From contig NW_021833074.1 in assembly GCF_006345805.1 (NCBI RefSeq), forward strand, positions 1 to 64,000: a stretch of 64,000 nt of DNA. The letters are read 5' to 3'. This document shows, piece by piece, positions 10,609-24,210 of the stretch. The notes under the pieces are model-generated. The model was not told the DNA's origin, ran no database searches, and worked only from the letters and a program-made list of their open reading frames with translations. A program made the position numbers and the translations under genes. This DNA comes from Octopus sinensis (taxonomy: Eukaryota). Position 1 is the stretch's first letter. Every line of letters begins with the position of its first letter.

Positions 10609-10671
10609 CTTTGGAAAACTTTTTGAAAGCAGCACGTCCAAAGATAGAAGTGAGGGGAAATGTGGCGGCAT

Positions 10672-11030
10672 AGTGGTGGTGGTGATGGTCGTGGTGGTGG
10701 TGGTAGTGGTGGTGGTGGTGGTGGTAGTGGTGGTGGTAGTGGTGGTGGTGGTGGTGGTGGTAGTGGTGGTGGTGGTGCTAGTTGTGACGGTGTCGGTGGT
10801 AGCTGTGAGGAGAGATGTAGGGAATTATAGTAGGGATCGCGGTTGTGATAGTTACGAGGTATGGGAGTATCGTTTAATGCAATAGTGCTTTTGGTGGTGG
10901 TTGCAGTGGTGGTGGTGGTGGTGGTGGTGGTGGTGGTGGTAGTGATGATAGTGATGGTAGCGGCAGTGGTGGTGGTGATGGTGGTGGTGGTGGTGGTGTT
11001 GCAGGAGGAGGAGGAGGAGAAGGGGGTGAA
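10672..11030 (+). repeat. Degenerate (GGT)n tract just 3' of the oxidase stop codon
   Basis: Direct reading of the sequence. Confidence 0.9.
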
Positions 11031-11099
11031 GTAACATAAAATGCATTGTGGTTTATGCAATGCTTAGTTCAAGTTTCGAGTGGAGTTTGGTAACTGATG

Positions 11100-12500
11100 C
11101 GTGAAGGATGTAGCTGGTGGTGTGCATATAGTACAGGTATATAATAACTTGTAGGCGCACGGTATTTCGTTATGCAACCATGATATACAACGAAGTGTAT
11201 AAGCCAATACCGTGTACTACTGTGTTAGCAGTGCACTTAAATCCCGTGTTAAGGTCATTTCTACAGATTTGTTATAGGAATTATAGCCAGCACTGATTTT
11301 GTTACGACGTTTCGTATCCGAGATTCCAGATGTAAACAAACTGTGAGATCAAGGACGAAAAGATAAGTAATGAGCGTATATACCATTCTGTTACGACGTT
11401 TCCTTTCCGATACGCCAGATGTACCCAACAGTAAGGTCGAAGATGAAAAAGTGTATTACGGGCGTATATACCATATTTCGAGAGCTGTTGCACCTTCATC
11501 AGCACCCATCTAACTCAGCAATCATCCACGAATTCATTACTTAAATAGCTACTAAATACAACAGTGTAACGTTACTGGATATACCAGTTTACTCATTAAA
11601 TACACTCCTGGAAAGCTGGTGTGCGAATATTAATGACTTGTAGGCGCACGGTATTTTGTTATGCTACCATAAAATACTATAAGTATATTAAACGTTTTTA
11701 TAAGTCAATACCGTGGACTACTGTGTTAGCAATTGGAATGCGTTTAATAGGCAAATCGGTATATTCAATATCGTTATATCGCTATATGTAGTGGTTATAT
11801 AAGCAATAAGTGGAGGCGCAATGGCCCAGTGCTTAGACTAGCGGACTCGCGGTCTTAGGATCACAGTTTCGATTCCCAGACCAGACCTTGTGAGTGTTTA
11901 TTGAGCGAAAACACCTAAAGCTCCACGAGGGTCCGACAAGGGGTTGGTGGTGAACCCTGCTGTACTCTTTCACCACAATTTTCTCTCACTCTTCTTGTTT
12001 CTGATGTACTTATATTTCAAAGGGCCAGCCTTGTAACACCCTGTGTCACGCTGAATCTCCCCGAGAACTACGTTAAGGTACACGAGTCTGTGGAGTGTTC
12101 AGCCACTTGAATGTCAATTTCACAAGATCGGATCAACTGGAACACTCGTCGTCGTAACTGACGGAGTGTCAAAATAAGCAATGAATTCGTGGATGATTAA
12201 TGGGTTAGATGGGTGCTCATGAAGGAGCAAAACTCCCGAAATATGGCATATAAGCCCATTTATACATTTTTCTATCCTCGATCTTACTCTTGGTTACATC
12301 TGGCGTATCGGAAAGGAAACGTCGTAACAAAATCAGTGCTGGCTTTAATTTCTATCGAAGATCTGTAGAGATGACATTCACACGTGATTTCAGAACACCG
12401 CTAGTACAGTAGTACATGGTATTGAATAATACAATCGTTTAATATACTTTGTAATGGTTGCATAACGAAATATTATGTCCCTATACATCATTAATACACA
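11100..12500. repeat. Direct plus inverted copies of a ~150-250-bp repeat (probable PLE terminal remnants)
   Basis: 11100-11345 is similar to 11610-11730 (direct) and to the reverse complement of 12290-12500 (shared GAAACGTCGTAACAAAATCAGTGCTGGC). Confidence 0.65.
11812..12170 (+). mobile_element. Family B tRNA-derived SINE
   Basis: GGAGGCGCAATGGCCCAGTG head. Homology to 7706 and 29554. Confidence 0.8.
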
Positions 12501-12645
12501 CACACAGAGTATATTGCTTTTTAAATTGTTAAATTATTACTTTTAATTAAGTTCATCGTTGGGGGTGCTTAACCACATTATCAATTTTCCAATAGCTTTT
12601 AAAGGTAAACTATGTTTACATGGGCTTTAAACCAATTCTATTTTA

Positions 12646-12830
12646 CTAGCGGGACCCGTGAATATTTCACGGAATTAATAGTAAATTTTTATGGGTTATT
12701 CCTGAAAACTTTATCCAAAATTCCTGAAAGCGTAGTCTGTGTTATGTCTGTATCAAAAGACAGTTGCTGATCTCTTACTCATTGAAAAGTGAAGGGAATT
12801 GGAATACGATGATTACTTAATGCACTTTAT
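12646..12830 (-). mobile_element. Possible Helitron 3' end / short non-autonomous copy
   Basis: CTAG at 12646-12649 next to the hairpin CCGTGAA-tat-TTCACGG. The 5' boundary is uncertain. Confidence 0.35.
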
Positions 12831-13607
12831 ATATACAGTTTATAGGTTTATGCTCAATTTCATAGACTTAATACACAGCGCTCATAAAATAAACACTCAC
12901 TCCTATTTGTCCATTTTTCCAATAAAGAAAAAAAATTACATTTTAAAATTTATATGGTCACAATTTCATATCTAGAAAATAAAAATTTGTTAGTAAAAAA
13001 GAAATTATTTTATATGTAAAATATATGGGTCACAATTTCACAGAGGTAAAAATTTAATGTAACATAGCATACTCTGAAGTCCACGTCGTTGGTAACTTAA
13101 AAGCCAAGGCGACTGGTCAGAGCCAATTCACATTTCAATTTGCGTACACCTTTCAATCCAATACTTCTTTGCAGACTATGTTCTTCATGTAAATTCTCCC
13201 TCTATTATACACTAACTAAAAATAGCCCTGCTAAAAACAGCCCACATCCCTTGCAAGACACTATCAATTCAATAAGATAACCTTAACAACACAAACCACA
13301 AACACAAGGCACATCTTATACAGCGATAATCCAGTGAAATTAACTTCCACCAGTAAGCTGGATAACCAACGCATTACAACCCAACACACAATACAAACAG
13401 TAATAGAACAAAAGACTGCACCACACTTCAAGAGAAAAAAATCTGATGTAATACAATGCCGAGAAGAGTTTGCACACTCCCAACAACAGAAAAAAACACC
13501 CAATGCTGCATACAGCCCAGCAAAACGGTGTAACAGGTGATGCAGTAGAAATTTCTTTGAAACTAACTGATGTTGAATAGTTATGTAATAATAATAATAA
13601 TAATACA

Positions 13608-13879
13608 CCGAACATTATCGTTGCCAGAGCAGCTGACTGGCTTCCGTGCCGGGGGCACGTTAAAAGCACTATTTGAGCGTGATCGTTACCAGCGTCGCTT
13701 TACTGACACTTGTGCCGGTGGCGGGTGAAAAACATTCGAGTGATATCGTTGCCAGTGCCGCTGGACTGGCTCCTGTGCAGGTGGCACGTTACAAACACCA
13801 TTTGAGCGTAGCCGTTGCCAGTACCGCTTGACTGGCCCTCGTGCCAGTGGCACGTAAAAGCACCCACTACACTCTCGGA

Positions 13880-13880
<1 letters not shown>
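13608..13880 (+). repeat. Four 63-66-bp tandem units of the 6725 SINE-like family
   Basis: GACTGG-type starts at 13635, 13701, 13764 and 13830, each followed by a GTGCC-GGT-GGCAC hairpin. Confidence 0.7.
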
Positions 13881-14790
<910 letters not shown>

Positions 14791-14910
14791 GCTATTATCT
14801 TGATGTCTCTATATATTAATAAATCTATGCACACACACACACAGATAAATATACATATATATATAAACTTTATACACAAATAGAAAATACACATACATAC
14901 TCACACACAA

Positions 14911-14949
<39 letters not shown>

Positions 14950-15060
14950 CTAAAAATAAGGGTGTCTGAGACACCCTTATTTTTAGTTGTAAAAAATTAT
15001 TACCCTTGTATGGTACTTTTCCCATGCTGGCCACTTGATAATATCAATATTATTCTTATT

Positions 15061-15130
<70 letters not shown>

Positions 15131-15642
15131 GATATATATATATATATAGATAGATAAATAGATAAAACTTACTTGGAAAAAGATGCGTGGTGTTCGATCA
15201 TATAATAATATAAATAACATAAATATAAGCATATATACATACATATATGTACATATCTACATATATATGTATATATACATGCATATATGGGTACAGGACA
15301 CAAATAAACGTTGAACACAATGAGAAACGAAAACATAAAAACAAAAACATGGAAAGCGAACTGTTTTCGAGCAACTAAAAAAAAAAAAACACAGAAACGA
15401 GACATGCAACATAAAGAATATTCCCCTTCATCAGTTGTTCTTCTTTCATCTACTCCGCGTTTTGAGGGCAAGGACAATACGCGACTTTGTTTAAACAGTC
15501 CTCCCTGCCAAACAAATTAAATATAATTTGGGACTTTTTGCGTAGGGTGAACAATACGCGAGTTATAAACGCACAGACAGCCAGACAGGGATTTATATAT
15601 TAGATATATGTATATATAAATATATATATATATAATCTAATA

Positions 15643-15933
15643 ATGGGCTATTTTGAATTCACCTTATATGAAGTATCACTTCAGAAATATGGTTATCCAT
15701 TTTACCTCTACATAAGAGAAAATTGGAAGCAATACTTGGATGATTGTTTTATCATCTGGAAGGAGAACATCGACAAACTTTTGGATTTCAAAACAACAAT
15801 AAATGACATAAATAGTAACATTCAATTCACAATGGAATATGATAAAGAACAACTTCCTTTTTTAGACATCATGATAAAAAAAGTCAACAATGAAATCATA
15901 ACTGACATTTATTATAAACCAACTGAAAATGCG
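15643..15933 (+). mobile_element. Penelope-like RT fragment
   Basis: WKQYLDDCFIIW...IQFTMEYDKEQLPFLDI...TDIYYKPT. Confidence 0.85.
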
Positions 15934-15937
15934 TAGA

Positions 15938-16225
15938 TATGAAATTTGCGCATCGCTTCTTGTCCGTAACCAGGCCAATCCATTTCTCGACCTTAGTGTA
16001 ACTTGCGAGGAAAAATGGATTCTGTACAATAATAAAAAAAAATGTTCTTCGTAATGTTTTTACCAAAATTATGCCCAGAAAACCTTCCCAAATCCCGAGC
16101 TCTTCTAAAAGAAGGTTATGGTGACTGTTTGGTGGTGTACTGCTGGACTCATCCCCTATAATTTCTTAAAAAACCCGGAAAACAATTACTGCAGAAACAT
16201 ATTGTCATGAAATTGCCAAAATGAA
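15938..16225 (+). mobile_element. mariner transposase fragment
   Basis: EICASLL...PFLDLSVTCEEKWILYNN and KKVMVTVWWCTAGLI match mariner catalytic-domain motifs. Contains stops and frameshifts. Confidence 0.8.
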
Positions 16226-16659
16226 TGTGTCAAATGGCAATTACCGGACGATTTCTATTCGAGTCTAACCGTTTTAAGTCGCAGTGGAGACGCGACCTAT
16301 TGTTGCGAATAGGCATGCAAACATTGAATAAATTTTATAATTGAAAAATTTATTATATTTTGTACATATGAGTATATCGGCCTGCGGGCGAAATAGAATG
16401 TGCTCGCGGGTGCAATTGTTCCCTCGGAGGGGGGGGGTCTCACTCCAGCTCTAAAGCATTAGGGCAGTAATATATTATTTACGAAATCAATGTGCTAGAG
16501 TGTAATTTATTTTAGCATATAGGAATCACTCTATGGCCGGCCATGACTTTTGACGCCCTATATATATATATGTATATATATATATATTGAGAGCGGTAGA
16601 GAGAGATAAATATATATGTAAATCTATAATATATATAGATATATCTATATATAGATGTA

Positions 16660-16739
<80 letters not shown>

Positions 16740-16792
16740 TAGATACAAATACACACACACACACATATATATATATATACACATATATATAT

Positions 16793-16855
<63 letters not shown>

Positions 16856-16934
16856 ATAAGAAAGTTGGTTTGTGAAAGCAAACCATATATATATATATAT
16901 ATATATACTTTATATATATATATATATATATACT

Positions 16935-17890
16935 TATATAGGAGAAGAAAATGGAAGCTCGTGGTTTTCCGCTGGTATGTCTTTAATTAATTGGATAACA
17001 AAGAAGGAAGAAGCGGAGTTGAAGGTAGCATTTACGATCGTTTCAATTTACTGGTTTAAGTAAATCTCTTCAGAATGCGAATATAGATAGATGCATCGGT
17101 TAGGATGCGAAAATAATTGATACACATGTGATGGTAATGTAAACAAAAGTGGTAATTCTTACATTAAATTTTGTTCTTGCGCTGGTAAATTCGTTGAATA
17201 GAGGTTTGCTTGTGGTAGATTGGTTAGTTTCGTTGGGTGGGTATTCCATTTTCGCACGTGTGTACTTCATTTTGTATTTTACGATTAATTGTCACCGGCG
17301 ATGTAGGTAAAGGGAGGTAACTCTAGCAGGTTTAGAAGGGAGCTAACTCATACCAAATTTTGGGTGGTTAGAAAATGTATTATGGCTAATAATTGTCTTA
17401 TTGGTAGAGTTGAGGAAGTTCTTTGTACTAATAGAGACCCTATGTTTTTGCAAAGTGTACTATTATGGAATGATGGGGGCGAGTGGATTGCGGGGTGACT
17501 ATTTGTGTGTAAGTGTTTGATGTGTTTCCCAGTTAATTAGATTTATATAGATGAGTATTCCAGTTTGGGATTATGAAGGCATAGAAGCCTGCATGTAGAC
17601 AAGAGGGGCTATTCTATCGCTATTTCAAAAATACATAAAGGCCCACATGAAGACAAAAAAGTTCTCAAATTTTCTGTTGAGAAGGGTTTGCATAGCCGTA
17701 GTGTTCTGATGGGCAGAGATCGCAGCGTGTATTTGCGATGTTGTAGGAGGTTGTTCTTGTGAGTATACGCCAGTTTAAGCTAAAATCTATTTCTTTATCC
17801 TTAAGTTCCCAAATGTATGTACTTAGCCCTGTTGAGTTAGCCTTATTACTATTTCTGAAGCTCGGTAGATGCGCACCTATCCTAGTTGTC
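16935..17890 (-). mobile_element. Penelope-like 3' end: GIY-YIG C-terminal fragment, 3' region and hammerhead, ending at (TA)n
   Basis: HLPSFRNSNKANSTGLSTYIWELKDK...WRIL...CDLC at 17645-17890 matches the PLE endonuclease tail also seen at ~45400-45700. Confidence 0.7.
17028..17078 (-). ncRNA. Minimal type-I hammerhead ribozyme, apparently intact
   Basis: gcatt-CTGAAGA-G-ATTTAC(ttaaacca)GTAAAT-T-GAA-ACGATCGT-A-aatgc: 5-bp stem I, canonical core, 8-nt palindromic stem III, GUA site. Confidence 0.8.
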
Positions 17891-18209
17891 TCCCTTGGTC
17901 CTCTGCCGCCTAAAACAATGGAAATTATGTGAACGTACACACACCCCCACACACACATATAATAATGTCCGTCCTTAAAGAAAACTAACAATGATATTAA
18001 TTTCAATAGCATGACCGGAATTTGAAGTTTGAACGTTGGTTACATATGTTGTAAGTCAAGTTTTTATATTTTGTTTGCCACTAGTGTATATTGTCCGTGT
18101 TTCTTTCTGGCATTATAGTGCTGTAAACATTGCTTCCATCATAAATGTAAAGTGCAAACATATGAAAATATACTGATAAAACCAAATAATAATAATAATA
18201 ATGATGATG

Positions 18210-18269
<60 letters not shown>

Positions 18270-18283
18270 GTAATAATAATAAT

Positions 18284-21047
18284 TCAGCAAACAAGCAACG
18301 CTATTGAGCAACAAAAAGAGAACAAAAATGCTCCTCAAATATAACATCACAGAAAAAGATTTGCCGGAGATAAAAGAAAAGCTGAAGCAAGATATCCTTG
18401 CCAAAGCTCAAAGGATCCGCCGGTACGAGAAACGCCAACGCTTCTTTGAACAGAACAAAAAGTTCAACTCCGACCCCAAAAAGTTCTACCAAGAACTGGG
18501 CAAAAATAAAATAGAAGTCACTGCAGCACCAACGGCAGAAGAATTGGAAGAATTCTGGAGAGAAATATGGTCGGCGAACGAACAGCCAAAAAAAAGGAGT
18601 ATGAAAATAACAAACTCGGCATCTGAACAACTTTGGACCCCCATAACAACTGAAGAGATCACCCAGGCACTGCAAAAACTAAGCAACTGGAAGGCACCTG
18701 GGCATGACAAGATCCCCAACTTCTGGTTGAAATATCTAACAGGAATGCACAAAAAGCTGGCTGAAAACTTTAACAGCATACTAGCAGAGCCAGAGACAAT
18801 GCCTGAATGGCTCACGAAGGGGAAAACCATCTTAATTCCCAAATCAAATGAAACAACAAAACCAGAAAACTACAGACCAATAACCTGCCTCCCTACTATG
18901 TTCAAGGCATTTACTGCAGTGATATCGCAAAGGCTGAACAAGCACCTGGACGAAAACAAACTGTTCCCAGAAGAGCAGAAAGGATGCCGCAAGGGCTCAT
19001 ATGGCTGTAAAGATCAACTAATGATTAATAAAGCCGTAACTGAAGACAGCCACAGAAAGAAGAAAGGCCTCAGTATGGCCTGGATTGACTACAAAAAGGC
19101 GTTTGATAGCATCCCCCACACATGGATCCTCGAAACACTAGCCATTAACAAAGTAGCACCAACAATCATAAAATGCATAGAGCACTCTATGAATAAATGG
19201 CAAAAAGTCCTACACCTCCAAACAAAAGAGGGACTCATGAAAACCAAAGACATCCCCATTAGAAGAGGAATATTCCAGGGAGACACGCTCTCTCCACTCC
19301 TTTTCTGCTTGGCACTGTCACCTCTATCTGATATGCTAAATAGAACTGGATGCGGATATAAATGTTACGGCAAAACGATCAGCCACCTTTTATATATGGA
19401 TGACCTAAAACTATACGCTGCAAATGACAAACAGCTGGAAACACTATTAAGACAGTTCATGGATTTACCAAAGAAATAGATATGAAATTTGGATTAGAAA
19501 AATGCGCCAAAGTAACCATGAAAAGAGGAAAACTAGTTAAGAGTAACAACATCACACTAGATAAAACCAATGAAATAAAAGAATTAGACCAAAGCCAAAC
19601 TTACAAATACTTAGGAATCCATGAACTAGATAAGACACAACACACACAAATGAAAGAGAAAATAAAAAAAGAATATTATAGACGAGTTAGATCAATACTA
19701 AAAACAGAGCTCAATGCTAAAAACAAGATAATAGGTATCAACACTTTAGCTGTCCCAGTTATAAGTTACAGCTACAATATCCTTAACTGGACACGAAATG
19801 AACTGTCCAAAATAGATAGGAAAACAAGAAAAATACTGACAGGATCTAGGATGCATCACCCAAAATCTGACATAGAAAGACTATATATACAACGTATAGA
19901 AGGTGGTAGAGGCCTTATACAGCTGGAAAACTACTATAAAATAACCACCATAGGACTGCAAAAATACCTACTTCAGAAGGAAGGAAAACTGGTCCAGATA
20001 GCAGCAAAACACGAGCAAAACAAAAACTGTTCTCAGTATTTAAGGAAGCTGACAAATACAAACAAGAATCATACCACCTAATAAACACAAAGAAGAAGAA
20101 GAAGATGATGAAGAACAACAAAAGCTATAAAACAAATGAAATCCAAACTAAAAATAGAACAGCAACGAGCCATGATAAAACGATGGCAAGAAAAGCCCCT
20201 TCATGGTAAATACTGGACTAAACTAAACGGAAAAGAAATAGACAAAGAAAAAATCCCAGCAATGGTTGAGAAGCTCAGGACTCAAAGCAGAAGCAGAGGG
20301 ATTTTTAATTGCAGCACAAGACCAAAGCCTCCCCACCAGAAATTACCAAAAACATGTAATGAAAAGAAATATTACAAGTAACTGCAGAATATGTGGAGAT
20401 GGACAAGAAACAATAAATCATATTATCTCTAGCTGCCCAGTCCTGGCTAAGAAGGAATATTCACAGACATGACAGAGTTGGAACCTACATACATTGGAAG
20501 CTATGCCAACATTATGGAATAACAACAGAAAAAAGATGGTATAGGCACACACCAGAAAAGGTCACAGAAAACGAGAAAGCAACCATACTCTGGGATATGC
20601 CGATACACACAGATAGAGAAATTAAGGCCAACAGACCAGATATAGTTGTCAGAGATCATGAAGAAAAAAAATGCTTTCTAATTGATGTATCAATACCGGC
20701 AGATGACAACGTGTCTCTAAAAGAAATGGAGAAACTCTCAAAATACAAAGACCTGGAAATAGAGGTAACTAGAATGTGGAACCTGAAAACAGAAACAATT
20801 CCTATCATAGTAGGTGCATTAGGCATGATAAAAAAATATTCAGACAAATACATAACAAAAACACCAGGACTTACAAACACATATAACATACAGAAAATTG
20901 CACTACTAGGCACTGCACACATCCTACGCAGAACACTTTCCATACAATAACCATCAGAGCATCACAACAAATCACAGCACATACCCAAGGCACACAGAGC
21001 TGCGCTCGGTAGTGAAGTGAAAGCACGCTATAAAAATAAAACTACTG
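18284..21047 (+). mobile_element. Dong/R4-clade non-LTR retrotransposon (RT + restriction-like endonuclease), 5'-truncated, inserted in (TAA)n
   Basis: RT motifs (NWKAPGHD, NYRPITCL, QGDTLSP, YMDDLK), CRICGDGQETINHIISSC zinc knuckle, RHD, and RPDIVV...LIDVSIP...K..KY. (TAA)n on both sides (18186-18283, 21048-21360). Confidence 0.93.
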
Positions 21048-21063
21048 AATAATAATAATAATA

Positions 21064-21101
<38 letters not shown>

Positions 21102-21169
21102 GTAATAATAAAATAATATAATAATAATAATAATAATATAATAATAATATAATAATAATGATGATAATG

Positions 21170-21244
<75 letters not shown>

Positions 21245-21292
21245 GATAATAATAATAATAATAATAAAATAATAATAATAATAATAATAATG

Positions 21293-21343
<51 letters not shown>

Positions 21344-21464
21344 TAATAATAATAATAAAAATCCTTTCTACTAAAGGCACAAAGCCTGAAATTTTGGATG
21401 AGTTTAGCCGATTACATCTTCCTCGTGCTCAAGCGATATTTATATCATCGACCCCGGAAAGGGC

Positions 21465-21945
21465 AACTGATTGGAAGTGTTAACGTGTACATTGTTTTGT
21501 CTTGGTATAAAAGATGGGCTGCAACAAATATTCTGCTCAATACCACATATTTGCTTGTAGGTTGCTTAACTTAAACCAGTTGAGTATGTCCCTTAGTGGC
21601 TGACGATACGTGCATCTCTGATCACGAGCAGAAGTAGTGGGGGCGTATCATGTCCACATATTGAGAGGAATTATTTGGGGTTTGAATAATTCATCCCTGG
21701 AAACATGAGTGTTTCATTCATCATTATTGAACAACCCTTATTTAGAATCTTTTCAGTAGGATGGGGAATTCGACTTGAAGAAATTCTAGCTGGGCCCCAC
21801 CTGCAAGTTAATGCATTGTTTTGTCTTGGTATGAGGTCACCACGTCGCGCAAATATGGTGTAGCTCTGAAGGGTGCATTAGACATTGTATATTTGTTTGT
21901 ATCCCAGCGTCAATTTCATGGTGTGCGTTGCATTCTCACGCATTC
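21465..21945 (+). mobile_element. Family D non-coding repeat associated with (TAA)n, 5'-truncated copy
   Basis: Homologous to 50851-51406 and followed by (TAA)n. Confidence 0.8.
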
Positions 21946-21958
21946 AATAATAATAATG

Positions 21959-22063
<105 letters not shown>

Positions 22064-22074
22064 ATAATAACAAC

Positions 22075-22290
22075 ATCGGTTTCAAATTTTGGTACAAGGC
22101 CAGTAATTTCGGGGAATCGGGTAAGTCGATTACACTGACACCTGTGATCAACTGATACTTATTTTAGCAAATTGAAAGTGCTGAAAGGTAAAGTCGACTG
22201 CGGTAGAATTTGAACTCAGATCGTAAAAACGGACGAAATCCGCTAAGCATTTTGCTCGGCGTACTAACGATTCTGCCAGCTTGCCACCAG
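22075..22290 (-). mobile_element. Family C SINE, (ATT)n-tailed variant
   Basis: Shared GTCGAC/GAATTTGAAC body. Confidence 0.7.
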
Positions 22291-22374
22291 TAATAATAAT
22301 CTTTTCTTTATTTGCAACAAGGTCTGAACATAAAAACACAAAGAGAACAATACAAAACAAGGGACAAGTGCAGG

Positions 22375-23500
22375 TGCAGCTGGGGAAGGACCCGAACAAC
22401 GGGGACAAAATTGATAATTTTAGGCCTATAACTCTGCAGGATGCAGATTACAAGATTTTGGCCAAGGTGCTAGCCAAGAGGTTGGTGCTTGTCATTGATA
22501 AACTGGTCGGTGACGCGCAGACTTGATCACTGCAGTGTTCAGCTACACATGCCCAGTGGTTAAAGTAAATACCCACATATCAGAATCGTTTAGCATCGCC
22601 CGTTTGGTCTGCAAAGATGACCACTCTCGTCCCTTCTGTACATACTGGCTCTTGAGCTATTACTGTGGGAGCTGGATGCTTCGAGCAGCGTCCTGTGTGA
22701 ACTAGGATGTGAAAAGTACGTGTCGGCTTGTGCGGACGACGTCATTGTAATAGTAACGGACATCTCGGAAATGGAGGTGATTGGCACATACGTTAAAGGA
22801 GTATAAAGTGGTGATAGGAGCAAAGATTAGCCACAAGAGGCCAGTGGGTTTGCAGCTTGGCACCTGGATAGACAGGTCCATACCAACCGACAGTGTCGTA
22901 TGGCGCTAAACGGAAGGATTGGTTAAGTTGCTTGGAGTTTGGTTTAGTCCGGAAATCTAGGTGAACAAGAACTTGGATGGGACGAGTGGGGTATCCAATC
23001 TCAGCCAGCAATGGGCTGAGAGGAAACTGCAAGAGAAGGGTCGGCCGGAGGTGGCAAATACATCGCTTCTGTCGTCTACCGTTTGAGCATTGTTCCTTGC
23101 CCCGCTTTCTGTAGAATGGACGTGTTTCTTAGATCAGACAGTTCATCTGCTATTTGCAGCCGCTGAGTGGAGGATTGGGCATGTTGCGGCTCCTGATGTG
23201 CAGGGCTTTCTTGACAGTGAGCAGGTGTGTGGTCGCCGTATGTGAGACGCAATTGTCCTCAGCTCGTCTCATGGACGAAACTACAGTTGTAGATCAAGCG
23301 TAGACCGAGAAAGAACACTGGGTATATATCTGGTGTCTCGGAAAGCGTTCAAAGCCCTCTGTCAGTGGAAGTTCCACATTGGAGTCCTATAGAGGATTAG
23401 TGGCAAGAAATAGCAACGATATCCTGAAGGAAACTCGGGGCGTTTTCCGGAGGACTTTCGGGTCGGGGTCTTAGAGACAATTTCCAGAAATCATTGGCTC
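22375..23500 (+). mobile_element. Decayed L1/Tx1-like ORF2 fragment
   Basis: KIDNFRPITLQDADYKILAKVLAKRL and ACADDV RT motifs, with many lesions. Confidence 0.75.
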
Positions 23501-23687
23501 GACATATATGTCGAGCCAATGATTTATGTATTCATATATATATATGTTACGGAGATGTACTCGCATAGCAAGTAATTTGATCTGAGATCGTGTGCTGAAA
23601 CGAAAACAATTGCAGCGCGGAAGGTGTTTGTAAGCCATTTAAGAAACACACAAAAGCCGTTCGATTCACTTCAACATTTAAGTTTAA

Positions 23688-23738
23688 TTTGTCAAAATAT
23701 TTTCGTCGCTATAAGACCGCAACCTGTTCACTGACAAA
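23688..23738 (-). ncRNA. Hammerhead fold with G3-C8 swapped core (left arm)
   Basis: tttgtca-GTGAACA-g-GTTGC(ggtcttata)GCGAC-GAA-AATATT-T-tgacaaa. Confidence 0.65.
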
Positions 23739-23760
23739 AATCCGTGATGCAGCACGGATT

Positions 23761-23810
23761 TTTGTCAGTGAACAGGTCGCGGATTTTAGCGACGAAAATA
23801 TTTTGACAAA
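23761..23810 (+). ncRNA. Hammerhead fold with G3-C8 swapped core (right arm)
   Basis: tttgtca-GTGAACA-g-GTCGC(ggatttta)GCGAC-GAA-AATATT-T-tgacaaa: 7-bp stem I, 5-bp stem II, palindromic stem III. Confidence 0.7.
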
Positions 23811-23920
23811 TTAAACTTAAATGTTGAAGTGAATCGAACGGCTTTTGTGTGTTTCTTAAATGGCTTACAAACACCTTCCACGCTGCAATTGTTATATATA
23901 TATTATGTATGTATAATTAC

Positions 23921-23994
<74 letters not shown>

Positions 23995-24139
23995 GGATGT
24001 ATGATTAAAGTGTAAGCAGAAGCATGAAGAATCCATAAATGGCAAATATATAGTTATACAAATGAATGATTTCGTGATATATTGATAAAATATTTATATT
24101 TTAATTTTCAATGTTAGATTTTTTGTTTAAAAACAATAT

Positions 24140-24171
24140 ATATATACATACATACATACATACATACATAC

Positions 24172-24210
<39 letters not shown>

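Larger units (their letters stand above)
23605..23893. repeat. 289-bp near-perfect palindrome carrying a hammerhead fold in each arm
   Basis: 23605-23746 is the reverse complement of 23753-23893 with few mismatches. Centre CCGTG-atgcag-CACGG. Confidence 0.92.

Noticed and set aside
10449-11060. Pro/Thr/His-rich minus-strand ORFs
   Set aside because: Antisense translation of the (GGT)n tract and the TM exon.
11461-11510. Minus-strand CTGATGAAG...CTCGAAAT
   Set aside because: Stem II is mismatched, G occupies position 17, and there is no stem I. At most a dead relic.
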